Assembly: GCA_964357395.1 (NCBI GenBank)
Contig: CAYHLC010000003.1
Location: forward strand, 14,080-78,079
Direction: 5' to 3'
DNA length: 64,000 nt
Source of the DNA: an uncultured Candidatus Saccharibacteria bacterium
GTDB taxonomy: Bacteria > Patescibacteriota > Minisyncoccia > Phycocordibacterales > Phycocordibacteraceae
Position numbers and translations under genes: made by a program. The notes under the pieces are model-generated. The model was given only the letters and a program-made list of their open reading frames with translations, did no database searches and had not been told where the DNA came from. This document shows, piece by piece, positions 1 through 10,012 of the stretch. Positions within the stretch are counted from its first letter, which is position 1; every line of letters starts with the position of its first letter.

Positions 1-243
1 ATCATACGGGGATAGCGCGAGGTCTGCTGACAAGAGCTTGTCCACTCGCTCCTGCATCTCGCGTGCAGCTTTGTTTGTAAAGGTGACCGCCAAGATCCTC
101 TCTGGCGCGACGCCACTCTTGATGAGCCGCGCGATCCGCTCGACAATGACCCTCGTCTTGCCTGCGCCCGCGCCTGCCAATATCAAAAGCGCACCCGTGT
201 GGTGCGCTGCTGCGCGTTCTTGCTCTGCATTTAATCCTGCCAC
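1..243 (-). CDS. pcrA: UvrD/PcrA-family ATP-dependent DNA helicase, N-terminal part (truncated by window edge)
   Basis: Manual translation from GTG at 243: [41 protein letters not shown]...[18 protein letters not shown]; Q-motif, Walker A and SF1 motif Ia. Confidence 0.9.
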   Translation of the reverse strand, partial: MAGLNAEQERAAAHHTGALLILAGAGAGKTRVIVERIARLIKSGVAPERILAVTFTNKAAREMQERVDKLLSADLALSPYD

Positions 244-260
244 CTACGAACTATACCGTA

Positions 261-1547
261 TTAGACCTTAATATCGATGCTGCGGAAAAAGTCGCGCAAT
301 GACTCTTGGTTCTGGCTCTGATCCCCGATAGTGTTTTCGGATTGCTTAAAGAAGGTATACAGCCGCTCGGCATCCTCTCGCTCGGGTGATCCCATGGGCC
401 ATGACTCCACCGCTGATCGATCCATAATGCTCGCGACGCTCGGGTTATCAAGACCAGTGATTGCCCTGCCGAGCTCCTCAACTCCTGTACCAGCCAAAAT
501 GTGATCATTAATCTCAACACCAAAGGCTACGTCGATGCGGTCGACGAGTGTGGCGCGGCCCACGTCACTCAACTCAGGTGCGGGGACAACAGTCTCTGCC
601 GAGGGAGTCTCCCCGTCAGGGAACCAGCGTCCATTGAACCACTCTCCTCCAGCTTTAGTTTTTTCGGTTGAGGCTGCCTCTGCAGCTGGTGCGGTAGCGG
701 TCTCGCCAGGCTGCGCATCCTTATCGGCGAGGATCTCAGGGGCGACAGCAGTCTCGGGCGATGCAGCTGCTGCTCCAGGCACAACCGGAGAGCCCCTCTC
801 AGGAACGGTGTCTGAAAACTCGCGACTTGCAAGCACGTTAGACGTATCCCACCGTCCCTGTCCGTCAGAAAGAGTTTCGAAAGTGCCACTCGCGGTTTGG
901 ATAGAGAGGCTACCAGACTTGTCGAGACTAAGAGTGTCCCCCTTATGCATGATGACGCTGTCATTTACATTGTCTGGGTTATACAAATCGTGCTTCTCTG
1001 CCCACGCTGCAGCGTCTGCACCAGTATTAATATCCTTGAGCCACTGGGGCTCTAACTCGTCCGGCGTTGCCGCCTTCAGTTTCATAATGGCCTGCGTAAT
1101 TCCGTCGCCATCGTTCAGCTCATACTTTCCTACGATATCTGCTGACAATCCGCTCACTGCTTCTTGTGTCGCCGCCGCAGCAGCTGCCGCTACTTCGTCC
1201 GGCCGCGCAGGCTTCACCGTTGCAGGATCTATGACTTGTTCAAATGGTGTTGCAGGAGGTGGAGGTATCACATCACCGCCAGTACCAGCCGTAGACGCTT
1301 GCGCGATGTCATTTAAATCTATTCCATCTGCATCAAACCCCAAAGCCCTGCCTAGGTATATCAACCCCATTGTTGTAATGCTTAACCCACCTACTACGCC
1401 AAGCGCATTGAGTCCAACACGACCGAGCGAGCGCCGCTTCGTTTCAGAAATTGTTTTAGAATCACCCTTCGGATCCTTCTTCGGCTTCTCATCATCCGCG
1501 AAGCTTGCTTTGTCGTGCACTGGACCCATCCAATCATCTCCAGCCAT
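261..1547 (-). CDS. Hypothetical membrane-anchored Pro/Ala-rich surface protein
   Basis: 428-aa ORF with one hydrophobic helix near aa 45-70 and low-complexity linkers; weak LysM-like pattern (YELNDGDG...IMHKGDTL). Confidence 0.7.
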   Translation of the reverse strand: MAGDDWMGPVHDKASFADDEKPKKDPKGDSKTISETKRRSLGRVGLNALGVVGGLSITTMGLIYLGRALGFDADGIDLNDIAQASTAGTGGDVIPPPPATPFEQVIDPATVKPARPDEVAAAAAAATQEAVSGLSADIVGKYELNDGDGITQAIMKLKAATPDELEPQWLKDINTGADAAAWAEKHDLYNPDNVNDSVIMHKGDTLSLDKSGSLSIQTASGTFETLSDGQGRWDTSNVLASREFSDTVPERGSPVVPGAAAASPETAVAPEILADKDAQPGETATAPAAEAASTEKTKAGGEWFNGRWFPDGETPSAETVVPAPELSDVGRATLVDRIDVAFGVEINDHILAGTGVEELGRAITGLDNPSVASIMDRSAVESWPMGSPEREDAERLYTFFKQSENTIGDQSQNQESLRDFFRSIDIKV

Positions 1548-1573
1548 ATTGCTATCACTTTATCATTTAATAA

Positions 1574-2989
1574 TTAAGGGAGCCTAGTGCTGAGGAATAC
1601 CGGGAGTCCGTCAGGGGTTGGGGCCGAGCGGCCAGGTACCCTCCATAGCTCGTACTGCCCACCGTCCTTGCCAATGAACTTGCCGTCGCGGAATATCTGC
1701 ATGGCCTCCTCATTAGTCACCACTACCCCCTTTCCGGCGAGGAACTCCTTCAAGGACGCCACCTCCGTGGGGGTTGCGGTGCCGCCCGCAGTCCTGTCTG
1801 CAATCCTCTCGAAGTTTAGTTCCGCCGTGCGGTAGTCCTCCTTCGACACGCCCTGTGCCACCATCTGCTTTTCAGGTGTTGTTGGTGCCTCAACAGGCGC
1901 CGGTGCCGTGCCCGCAGATGGCGTCTCTACCTTCGGCGCTGCAGGTGGAGTTATTGCAGACCTGCCCTCGCTGCCTGGATGCCACTTATTTTTTTCGTCC
2001 ACCCACGGAACGCCATCATTTTTCAACGACCCTTGATTTATATCGGGATACACTCGGTTGTCAGCCTCACGTAGAGTGAACTCGAAGACTTTGCCGTCTA
2101 TGATCCGCCGCCACTTACCTTCCGCAAATATTTGTCTCTGAATCTCTTCGTTCGGTCTCGGTATGTCTGAGTTATCAAAACCCTTCAGTATGTATTCGCG
2201 TGTCGCGTCGTTCCAGTCACTTGGGTCTAATCGTGTGAGGTCCTCTGTAAAGCCAAGTGGAGGTAGTATGCGGTTTATGCGGTTCACAAGATCCCCAACC
2301 CCCTTTATGTGCCCATCTTTCTCCAACCATTTGCCGATATCGTCTGCATGAGTGACGGCGGCAGCCACCCCGACCACTGCGCCGACAGCCAGCAGAATGC
2401 TTATCCCGATAAGAAAGCTATTGTCACGAAAGCGGTCACCGCGAGCGCGTATCTTATCGTTCCGTCGGTCGGCCTGATCTACTGATGGCTGGGGAGCAGG
2501 CGCAGGAGCAGGGACGGATGCAGGGGCAGGCGCGGGCGAAGGTTGTGGGGCTGTGGCGGGGACGCCGAGTTGTGGCAGCCATGCAGGCGCTGCGGGAGCA
2601 GCAAAGGTGGCACGGACCGCTGCTACGATTCCTGCTACGTCCGCAGCCTTCTCTGCCTCTGACCGCCCTCCGCTCGCACGACGAAGCTCTTTGTACGCCG
2701 ACTCTAGGTTGTGGAGTACTACACCATCCGGGACCTTCTTCCCTGGAGGGGTATATACCGCGAAGTGTCTGTGACGAATAGCATTATTCAGTTTCTGTGC
2801 ATCAAAGGCGAGGGTCGCATCCACCAGGAGCTTGGCATGCACCGTGTTTCCCTCGTCGATGAGCACTCTGTGTTCGGCAAGTATCGGCCCCTGGATAGCG
2901 TCTATGACCGCCCGGAGCGCCTCCGCGTGGCGCTCCTCCGGGGTCCTCCGGTCTTTGGCAAAATATGTGACGCGCTCGCTCTCAGACAT
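1574..2989 (-). CDS. Hypothetical single-pass membrane protein with PA/PS-rich linkers
   Basis: 471-aa ORF, central TM (FLIGISILLAVGAVVGVAAAV); TTGACT-N16-TAGAAT upstream. Confidence 0.7.
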   Translation of the reverse strand: MSESERVTYFAKDRRTPEERHAEALRAVIDAIQGPILAEHRVLIDEGNTVHAKLLVDATLAFDAQKLNNAIRHRHFAVYTPPGKKVPDGVVLHNLESAYKELRRASGGRSEAEKAADVAGIVAAVRATFAAPAAPAWLPQLGVPATAPQPSPAPAPASVPAPAPAPQPSVDQADRRNDKIRARGDRFRDNSFLIGISILLAVGAVVGVAAAVTHADDIGKWLEKDGHIKGVGDLVNRINRILPPLGFTEDLTRLDPSDWNDATREYILKGFDNSDIPRPNEEIQRQIFAEGKWRRIIDGKVFEFTLREADNRVYPDINQGSLKNDGVPWVDEKNKWHPGSEGRSAITPPAAPKVETPSAGTAPAPVEAPTTPEKQMVAQGVSKEDYRTAELNFERIADRTAGGTATPTEVASLKEFLAGKGVVVTNEEAMQIFRDGKFIGKDGGQYELWRVPGRSAPTPDGLPVFLSTRLP

Positions 2990-3065
2990 AGTAGTAGTAT
3001 TATTCTATAACAAAATATGGATAAGTCAATGATTTTGGCTATCCACCCTCATTATCTTTTCATGG

Positions 3066-3094
3066 TTGACCCGGCCCCCCGAGGGGGGTACAGT
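3066..3094 (+). promoter_or_regulatory. sigma70-type promoter of the LysM/M23 gene
   Basis: TTGACC(3066)-N17-TACAGT(3089). Confidence 0.55.
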
Positions 3095-3182
3095 GAGCGT
3101 ACTCCCGAACTACTGTATTGCTGATTTGCGGCTTTACAAAGCCATACCGCGTTGTTGCCATAGCTCCCGAGGAGGAACCAAA

Positions 3183-4217
3183 ATCGAAACAAAAGTACTA
3201 TTCAGGAGCGTTGGCATTGCTGTCCTCGCCCTCACCATAGCCATCGGCACGCCTAGCGTTGCTCAGGCTTTTTCTTTGGACTCATTCCTCAATGGCCTGC
3301 GACCTACGGCTAGGGCGGCGCAGACACTCCCCACACTTCACAGCTTTTCCACCCCAGTCCTATCGGCAGCTATGAACCTCGACCCAAACCCTAATAAGGG
3401 AGGGGGTGATATCTGTGTTGATGACGAAGTGGCCCTTTGTGCCGAGGTCGGCCCTGAGGGGACTATGGCCGACATCGAATCCGCCTCAGCGAAGAGCGGT
3501 GAGATTTCGATCTATGTGGTTAGGACCGGGGACACCCTTTCCGAGATTGCCCAGATGTTTGGAGTCACAACCAACACAGTCTTGTGGGCCAACGATCTCA
3601 AGAGCTCCAAAGACATCCATCCTGGCGACACGCTGGTCATCCTCCCTATTACCGGTGTTAAGCACGTAGTGAAGAAGGGCGAGACCATAGCGACACTCGC
3701 GAAGAAGTACAAGGCAGACGCGGGCGAGATCCTCTCCTATAACGGGCTTCCAACTGGCACCTCACTATCAGTAGGTTCGGAGCTCATCATTCCGCACGGA
3801 GTCGAGTCACCAGTAATCGTCGCCTCGTCTGCTCGCTCGACTACCGCTCTGAAGGGTGCGGGCGGACCATCAATCGCAGGTTACTACCTCTGCCCTATTG
3901 CAGGTTGCACCAGGACCCAAGGCCTCCACGGTTACAACGGCGTGGACCTCAAGGCTAACTACACGCAAGTCTTGGCAGCTGCCTCGGGAACCGTGGTTGT
4001 CGCACGCTTGTCGGGCTACAATGGAGGTTACGGTTCATACGTCGTTATCCAGCACTCGAACGGGACGCAGACGCTCTACGCCCACCTCTCACAGGTATAT
4101 GTCAGTGTCGGCCAGGTGGTAGTCCAGGGCCAGGTCCTCGGTATCTCAGGCAACTCGGGTCGCTCGACCGGCCCGCATCTCCACTTCGAGATCCGTGGCG
4201 CCAAAAATCCTTTTTAA
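3183..4217 (+). CDS. LysM-domain M23-family peptidoglycan endopeptidase (start uncertain)
   Basis: Signal peptide (...AQA), two LysM repeats (YVVRTGDTLSEIA; HVVKKGETIATLA), M23 motifs HGYNGVD, YAHL and STGPHLHFE. Confidence 0.9.
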   Translation: METKVLFRSVGIAVLALTIAIGTPSVAQAFSLDSFLNGLRPTARAAQTLPTLHSFSTPVLSAAMNLDPNPNKGGGDICVDDEVALCAEVGPEGTMADIESASAKSGEISIYVVRTGDTLSEIAQMFGVTTNTVLWANDLKSSKDIHPGDTLVILPITGVKHVVKKGETIATLAKKYKADAGEILSYNGLPTGTSLSVGSELIIPHGVESPVIVASSARSTTALKGAGGPSIAGYYLCPIAGCTRTQGLHGYNGVDLKANYTQVLAAASGTVVVARLSGYNGGYGSYVVIQHSNGTQTLYAHLSQVYVSVGQVVVQGQVLGISGNSGRSTGPHLHFEIRGAKNPF

Positions 4218-4239
4218 ACTAGGCACGAGCCACTAGTGG

Positions 4240-5745
4240 CTAAAGATTCAGCCTCGGCCGATACTGGAGCGCTTCTAACACATGCTCGGTGTTAACTAGG
4301 TTGGAGTCGGCGAGGTCGGCGATGGTGCGAGCGAGGCGCAGTACTCGGTGGTAGGAGCGCGGAGATAAGTTCAGCGACTTGGCAGCCTTGGTGAGCGCAT
4401 CGCGTGCACCGTCTGTGATACCAATCCTTTCATCAAGGTGTTTGGATGCGAGTTCGCTATTGGTCTTGGCCTTCGCCTTCAGCTCCTGCATACGCTTCCC
4501 TTGCCTGCTACGTGCACGTTCTATCCGCTCACGCACCACTGCGGACCCTTCTCCTGTTCCACGTGCGGCCAGTTTTTCGTGTGGGATATGTGGCACCTCG
4601 ATCCACACATCGATGCGGTCGATGATTGCGCCGGATAGCTTGCGGTTAAAGCGGGCTGCCTCCCTCGGGTCAGTAATATGTGTCGGCGGGTTCATTGCAG
4701 CGATCAGCATAATGTTGGCAGGAAAGGTGACGGTGCCCGCGGAGCGGCTGACGGTAATCATTCTGTTTTCGAGGGGCTCGCGCAGGGCCTCAATAGTCCG
4801 TCGGTCGAACTCAGGAAACTCGTCGAGGAATAGTACGCCGCGGTGCGCGAGCGTCACCTCGCCTGGCCGCGGGATGTTGCCGCCACCAACCAAGGCCGGA
4901 TAGCTCGATGTATGGTGGGGCGAGCGTATTGGTGGCTCGATCATGATCGTCTCCTTGAGTGTCCCCGCTACCGAGTGTATCGCCGTCACCTCCACCGCCT
5001 CCTCGAACGAGAGCTGCGGCAGTATGCCAGCCAAGGCGGTAGCGAGCATCGTCTTCCCAGTTCCTGGCGGGCCGACGAGCGCGACATTGTGCCTCCCTGC
5101 TGCAGCTATCTCCATACCGCGCTTCGCTGTCTCCTGCCCTTTGATGTCTGACATATCGACGGCGGGCACGCCGCGCACGAGTACCTCCTTCGTATTACTC
5201 TTCGCTCGCCGTAGACTCTTCTCTCCGGTTAGGTGTTGCACCACCTCCGTTAGCGATGCGGCGCCATACACCACAACTCCCTCGACGAGGGCTGCCTCCT
5301 CTGCGTTCTCCTCTGGGACGATGAGCGTATGCACCTTTTTGGACGCTGCCACTTTGAGCGCTGCAGCGAGCGCCCCCTTGATGGGGCGCAAGGTTCCGTC
5401 GAGTGCCAGCTCGCCCATGAGGACTATGCCCTTGGGGTCAAAAGAAATCTCCTCGTTAGCGAGGAGATATGCGAGTGCCATCGGGAGATCAAAGACGGTC
5501 CCCTCTTTCTTCAGATCAGCGGGCGCCAAGGAAATAACTATTTTGTGATTGTGCGACTTCGGACTCTGGAAGCCAGAAAACTTGATCGCCGAGGACATAC
5601 GGTCACGCGCCTCACCCACCGCCTTGCCGGCAAGCCCGACGACAGTAAACGCGTACAGCGTACCGTTCGTAATATCGGCCTCGATAGTGACCAACTCAGA
5701 ATCAGGAAACCCGGGCTGCAAGCTGGTGACCCGAGCGAATGCCAT
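4240..5745 (-). CDS. comM: YifB/ComM-family Mg-chelatase-like AAA+ ATPase
   Basis: LAPADLKKEG..FDLP, GELALDG, Walker A GPPGTGKT, RSPHHT, PGEVTLAHRGVLFLDE, ARTIADL. Confidence 0.92.
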   Translation of the reverse strand: MAFARVTSLQPGFPDSELVTIEADITNGTLYAFTVVGLAGKAVGEARDRMSSAIKFSGFQSPKSHNHKIVISLAPADLKKEGTVFDLPMALAYLLANEEISFDPKGIVLMGELALDGTLRPIKGALAAALKVAASKKVHTLIVPEENAEEAALVEGVVVYGAASLTEVVQHLTGEKSLRRAKSNTKEVLVRGVPAVDMSDIKGQETAKRGMEIAAAGRHNVALVGPPGTGKTMLATALAGILPQLSFEEAVEVTAIHSVAGTLKETIMIEPPIRSPHHTSSYPALVGGGNIPRPGEVTLAHRGVLFLDEFPEFDRRTIEALREPLENRMITVSRSAGTVTFPANIMLIAAMNPPTHITDPREAARFNRKLSGAIIDRIDVWIEVPHIPHEKLAARGTGEGSAVVRERIERARSRQGKRMQELKAKAKTNSELASKHLDERIGITDGARDALTKAAKSLNLSPRSYHRVLRLARTIADLADSNLVNTEHVLEALQYRPRLNL

Positions 5746-5750
5746 TGTGG

Positions 5751-6143
5751 TTAGGAGAGGAAGGCCTCTTTATCCATATGCGCCATGGATGTGCGCGCAG
5801 CAGGGTTGGCCTCGAGTCGCTGGATCTCTATGTCCTCGCCGGATACCTCGCATGTGCCGAACGTGCCCGCCTCGATCTTCCCCTGCGCCTTTAGGACCAG
5901 GTTGAGTCGGCCCTCAAGCTCGTTCATGGTTGCATTGTTCTCCTGCTGGGCCTCAATGATGTCGGCGTTGTCGCTCTTGTCTGCACCAAAGATCTCGCCG
6001 TCTGGCTTGTTGGCTACCCAATCAGTTAGATTACTAGGGTTGCGAGTACCAAGCTTGCCTAATTCCTCCTCGAGGATGGCACGCTCCTTGCTGAGGCGTT
6101 CCTTAAACTGCGCTATTTGTTCAGTGGTCAACATGCCCTGCAT
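5751..6143 (-). CDS. DksA/TraR-family transcription factor
   Basis: Coiled coil with DxxDxA (DKSDNA); C-terminal GTFGTCEVSGEDI..RLEANPAART. Confidence 0.85.
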   Translation of the reverse strand: MQGMLTTEQIAQFKERLSKERAILEEELGKLGTRNPSNLTDWVANKPDGEIFGADKSDNADIIEAQQENNATMNELEGRLNLVLKAQGKIEAGTFGTCEVSGEDIEIQRLEANPAARTSMAHMDKEAFLS

Positions 6144-6167
6144 GGTACCACCCGCATTCCGGGTACG

Positions 6168-6458
6168 CTAGCCCAAGCGATTATCCTCGTCGTCATCGCC
6201 AATGACCGGGGCTCGCTTTCGGCGAGGTGCCCGCGGTGGCTCCGGTGCTTCATAGCTCAGTATCCAGCCTAGGGCCCCACTGCCCAGCATTGTTGGGAAC
6301 AGTACTGCCATAGCTTGTAAAAAGAAGGCACCATTCACATCTCCAAAGTAGTGGGTAGCAGTAGTAAATGCAGCGTAGTCCGCGACAATAGTGGCAACGA
6401 CAGCACCTAGTACGAACCAGGTCCGGTTTTCGACAACAAGGTCTTTGCCCTCTGACAT
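6168..6458 (-). CDS. Small 2-TM hypothetical protein
   Basis: ATG 6458 (MSEGKDLVVENRTWFVLG...) preceded by TACGAT-N6; two hydrophobic helices. Confidence 0.6.
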   Translation of the reverse strand: MSEGKDLVVENRTWFVLGAVVATIVADYAAFTTATHYFGDVNGAFFLQAMAVLFPTMLGSGALGWILSYEAPEPPRAPRRKRAPVIGDDDEDNRLG

Positions 6459-6513
6459 AACGGTATCGTAATACGAAAAGACACTACTGTCAACTCGCCG
6501 CCGTAAGCCCGGC

Positions 6514-7431
6514 TCAGCGTTCGGTAGAGGTGGTGACTTCGGCAGCGAGGCGCGTGAGGATCTCCTGGAGGGTCTGCTCGTTCGTCGTGATGACGAGGAG
6601 GTCCCTGCGAGGGAAGGTATAGAGGATCGGCCACTCCTTTTGTGACTGCCGCGTGTCGATATTGCGATACACTTTGTCGACGAAGAGCGTGGTTGGTATT
6701 GGGGTGTCAGTGTACGGTTTGAAAAACGCACCAAACTCTCTACCGAGCTCCTCCTCCCATCCGAGCATGGCGCTGTACGCACGATCGAACTGCGTGACCT
6801 CGAGGATAAGGAATGGTTGTACGCGGTTGAACGAGTGTACACCCACCATAACGCTCCGCACTTCGCGAAGGAGTGACGATGGTGCATCGAACTCCGACAA
6901 AAGCGTGCTCGCCGTCGTAGTCGCACCATCGACGAGGATGTCGAAGCGCGCAATCTCACCGAGGGATAGTTTGGTGGCGTTGCGCTCTATGCCGAGCTGG
7001 TCAGCGAGTGGCCGGCGAGAGTCGGTTTCGACTGTAATAATCTTGTTTGGGAATATGATTGAAGGCGCCACTGGCTCTGGAGTCACCGCCTCACTTATGA
7101 GCCACACAGCAGTTCCCACAATGCCGATACCAACAACAATAAGTGCGCCTGCACCGAACAGAAGTACCTTGCGGCGCCATTGTGGTGCGGGCCTCTCACC
7201 CTCATCACCCTGCGCTAGCTCGCGCGCCGTGCGCTCGCGTTCCGCGCCGACGATCGAGGTCAGTGTGCTGCCCTTCTTCTTTATTTCTTCCGAAAGGTCA
7301 TCTGCGTACGTGCGGACACTCCTCAGAGTCGAGTCGATATGCCCCTCGTGCGCAGCGTCATGCGCTGGAACTGCAGGCGGAACGCCTAGCGGTTTACCAG
7401 TTGTCTCGCCTTGGCCCTCTGTTTCCACCAT
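6514..7431 (-). CDS. Hypothetical single-pass membrane protein
   Basis: 305 aa, RTYADD motif, TM at about aa 89-112; overlaps the pnp 3' end. Confidence 0.7.
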   Translation of the reverse strand: MVETEGQGETTGKPLGVPPAVPAHDAAHEGHIDSTLRSVRTYADDLSEEIKKKGSTLTSIVGAERERTARELAQGDEGERPAPQWRRKVLLFGAGALIVVGIGIVGTAVWLISEAVTPEPVAPSIIFPNKIITVETDSRRPLADQLGIERNATKLSLGEIARFDILVDGATTTASTLLSEFDAPSSLLREVRSVMVGVHSFNRVQPFLILEVTQFDRAYSAMLGWEEELGREFGAFFKPYTDTPIPTTLFVDKVYRNIDTRQSQKEWPILYTFPRRDLLVITTNEQTLQEILTRLAAEVTTSTER

Positions 7432-9628
7432 CTCTCCTATTATGCCCTATTCCGCCATGCCTCCCGCTGCCTGATTGGCCACCATCGGGGGACGCCGGAG
7501 CTGGCGCCAGGTTTTTTCGTACTGCAAACTCGGGGTCGATTTGTTTGATAGACAAGTTGACTCGCCCTTGGTCATCGATTTCCTTAATGACTGCGCGGAC
7601 TACCTCGCCTTCTGCAACTGCCTCGCGTACAGATGCGATGCGGAACGGTGCGAATTCCGAAATATGTACCAATCCTTCCTGCTTGCCTGCACCGAGTTTC
7701 ACAAACGCACCAAAGTCCATAATGCGTGTCACCTGTCCCTCAATCACATCGCCAGCCTGGTACACACGCGTCATATCGCGGATGATCTCGGCCGCCTTCT
7801 CTGGTGCGTCGCCGACTCCGGTAATAAAGATCGATCCGTCATCCTCAATCGAGATGCCAGACACCCCTGTGTCCTCTTGGATCTTCTTGATGTTCTTGCC
7901 GCCAGGACCAATAACGAGGCCGATAGCGTCGACTGGCACGCTTAAGGTCACGATCTTTGGTGCGCGTGGCGATAGGTTAGGCCGTGGTGCGGGGAGTGCG
8001 GTCGTAATAACGTCCAAAATCTTCATACGTGCAATGCGTGCGTGCTCCAATGCCTCGACCATAACTGTCGGCGGGATTCCGTCCAGCTTCACATCGAGCT
8101 GTATTGCTGTCACGCCACTTTTGGTTCCAGCAACCTTGAAGTCCATGTCACCATGATGGTCCTCAGCGCCCTGGATGTCGGTTAATATCGCATAGCGAGT
8201 TGGGCCGTCATACATAACGCCCATCGCGATACCTGCAACCGGTGCCTCGATAGGTACGCCGCCATCCATGAGTGCGAGTGTCGATGCGCAGACCGAGCCC
8301 ATAGAGGTCGATCCGTTAGAGGAGAACGCTTCTGACACGAGGCGGATGGTGTAGGGGAATACTTCCTTAGCGGGTATCACTGCGCTCAATGCCTTTTCGG
8401 CAAGGGCGCCGTGGCCGATCATACGTCGGTTCATGCCACCAAAGCGACCAGTCTCGCCTACCGAGTACGGTGGGAAGTTGTAATGGTGCATGAAGCGCTT
8501 CTTGACCTCTACCCCCGAGCCCTCTATAGAGTCGACAATTTGGGAATCGTCTGGTCCGCCGAGCGTGAGAGCAGAAAAGACGTGTGTCTCCCCGCGATAA
8601 AAGATACCCGAGCCGTGAAGTACGGGGGAGAAGTCGCCTGCCGTAGCAAATAGTGGTCGGATCTCGTCCATCGCGCGGCCGTCGACACGCTTCTTTTCAT
8701 CGATCGCTTTACTGCGCAAGATCTTCTCAGTTCGTTCATCGAGGTAGGTACGCGCGGCGTCCCTCTCCTCCGGTAGCTTTTCCGCTACCAATGCGCTCCA
8801 CTTGTCCGAGAATAGCTTTTGCGACTCCTTGCCGGGCTTGCCGGTAAAGACCGCTGCCTCGAACTCGCTTTCGAGCTCTGCAAAGAGAGCTGCAATAGCC
8901 GGGTTTGCCTCTTTGGCAACAATGGCGCGCTTCGCCTTGCCCATCTCAGCAATAACCTTTTTCTGGAAGTCCTGAATCTTGTTCAATTCCACCACCCCCG
9001 CATCGAACGCCTTCCCGATGACCGCCTCCTGTACCTGCTTGGCACCCACTTCGATCATAGTGATGACGCCGTCCTTGCCACAGACCAAGAGGTCGAGTTC
9101 CGCATCATCGGCGTTGCGATCCGCGTAGCTTGGGTTCACGATAAATGTGTCGCTCCCCTTCTTCTTACCAAGTCGCACGGCGGAAACTGGGCCGCCCCAC
9201 GGAATGTCGGATGTGCCGAGTGCGAGGGACGCAGCTATAACACCGAGTACGTCTGGGTCGTCCTCTGCGATTGAGAGTACAGTAACCACTACCTGCACGT
9301 CCTTGCGGAGCGCAGCGTTGAAGAGTGGGCGTATGGTGCGGTCGACGATGCGGCCCGAGAGAACTGCATCGTCAGACGGACGCCCCTCGCGACGGATGAA
9401 GCGCGATCCGAGGATCTGCCCTGCTGCATAGAAGCGCTCCTCGTACTCTACCGAGAGCGGGAAGTAGTCGATGTCGAGGCGCTCCTTGCTGCCCATAACT
9501 GCAGTAACAAGGACGATGGTGTCGCCCATACGGAGGAGGACCGAGCCGTTGGCCTGCCCCGCTAGGTCAGTAAACGTCGCCTCGACCTTGCGGCCGCCTA
9601 TCTCGGTCTCAAACTTTTTTTGTTGCAT
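7394..9628 (-). CDS. pnp: Polyribonucleotide nucleotidyltransferase (PNPase)
   Basis: RREGRP, HHYNFPPYSVGE, SNGSTSMGSVC, DHHGDMDFKVAG, KH (IGPGGKNI) and S1 domains. Confidence 0.98.
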   Translation of the reverse strand: MQQKKFETEIGGRKVEATFTDLAGQANGSVLLRMGDTIVLVTAVMGSKERLDIDYFPLSVEYEERFYAAGQILGSRFIRREGRPSDDAVLSGRIVDRTIRPLFNAALRKDVQVVVTVLSIAEDDPDVLGVIAASLALGTSDIPWGGPVSAVRLGKKKGSDTFIVNPSYADRNADDAELDLLVCGKDGVITMIEVGAKQVQEAVIGKAFDAGVVELNKIQDFQKKVIAEMGKAKRAIVAKEANPAIAALFAELESEFEAAVFTGKPGKESQKLFSDKWSALVAEKLPEERDAARTYLDERTEKILRSKAIDEKKRVDGRAMDEIRPLFATAGDFSPVLHGSGIFYRGETHVFSALTLGGPDDSQIVDSIEGSGVEVKKRFMHHYNFPPYSVGETGRFGGMNRRMIGHGALAEKALSAVIPAKEVFPYTIRLVSEAFSSNGSTSMGSVCASTLALMDGGVPIEAPVAGIAMGVMYDGPTRYAILTDIQGAEDHHGDMDFKVAGTKSGVTAIQLDVKLDGIPPTVMVEALEHARIARMKILDVITTALPAPRPNLSPRAPKIVTLSVPVDAIGLVIGPGGKNIKKIQEDTGVSGISIEDDGSIFITGVGDAPEKAAEIIRDMTRVYQAGDVIEGQVTRIMDFGAFVKLGAGKQEGLVHISEFAPFRIASVREAVAEGEVVRAVIKEIDDQGRVNLSIKQIDPEFAVRKNLAPAPASPDGGQSGSGRHGGIGHNRRDGGNRGPRRDNW

Positions 9629-9790
9629 CTCATACTATATTAGCGAGATGTACAGATTCCAGGACTCTTGGCATAAGGGCCATGGCCTGCGTATCTATAC
9701 ACCTCTAATATGGTGATCCTACCACGCTCCGATCCCTGTGCACAGTGAGTTGGTACTTTTTATTTTTTGGAGCATACTAGGGCTTTCTCT

Positions 9791-10012
9791 ATGCCGGGCG
9801 ACGAGAGTGTCCAGTTTCATAATGAGCCAACCTCAACTGGGCTTATCCTTGCTGCACTCGTTGTGCTTGGCGTGGCTGTGATCGGAGGGGCGGCTGCCGG
9901 TGCGGCAGGAACCTACACATTTGTTAGTGACAACCCACTCGCACTCATTGTTGGAGGTGCGGCAGGAGGCGGGCTTGGGCTCCTCGGTGCTCGCCGTCTG
10001 CTTCGGGGTTAG
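9791..10012 (+). CDS. Small Gly/Ala-rich 2-TM hypothetical protein
   Basis: 73 aa; GGAAAGAAG and GGAAGGGLG glycine-zipper-like helices. Confidence 0.55.
   Translation: MPGDESVQFHNEPTSTGLILAALVVLGVAVIGGAAAGAAGTYTFVSDNPLALIVGGAAGGGLGLLGARRLLRG

Noticed and set aside
38-271. 77-aa plus-strand ORF
   Set aside because: Antisense to the helicase start on the minus strand, which the ORF track omitted because it is truncated
535-1587. 350-aa plus-strand ORF (also 7143-8156, 17427-18611, 48555-49499, 60360-61223 and similar)
   Set aside because: Antisense shadows of well-supported genes; Ser/Arg-rich with no motifs
6459-6959. N-terminal extension of the 263-aa ORF
   Set aside because: Overlaps the 6514-7431 gene in another frame; the real start is probably ATG 6458
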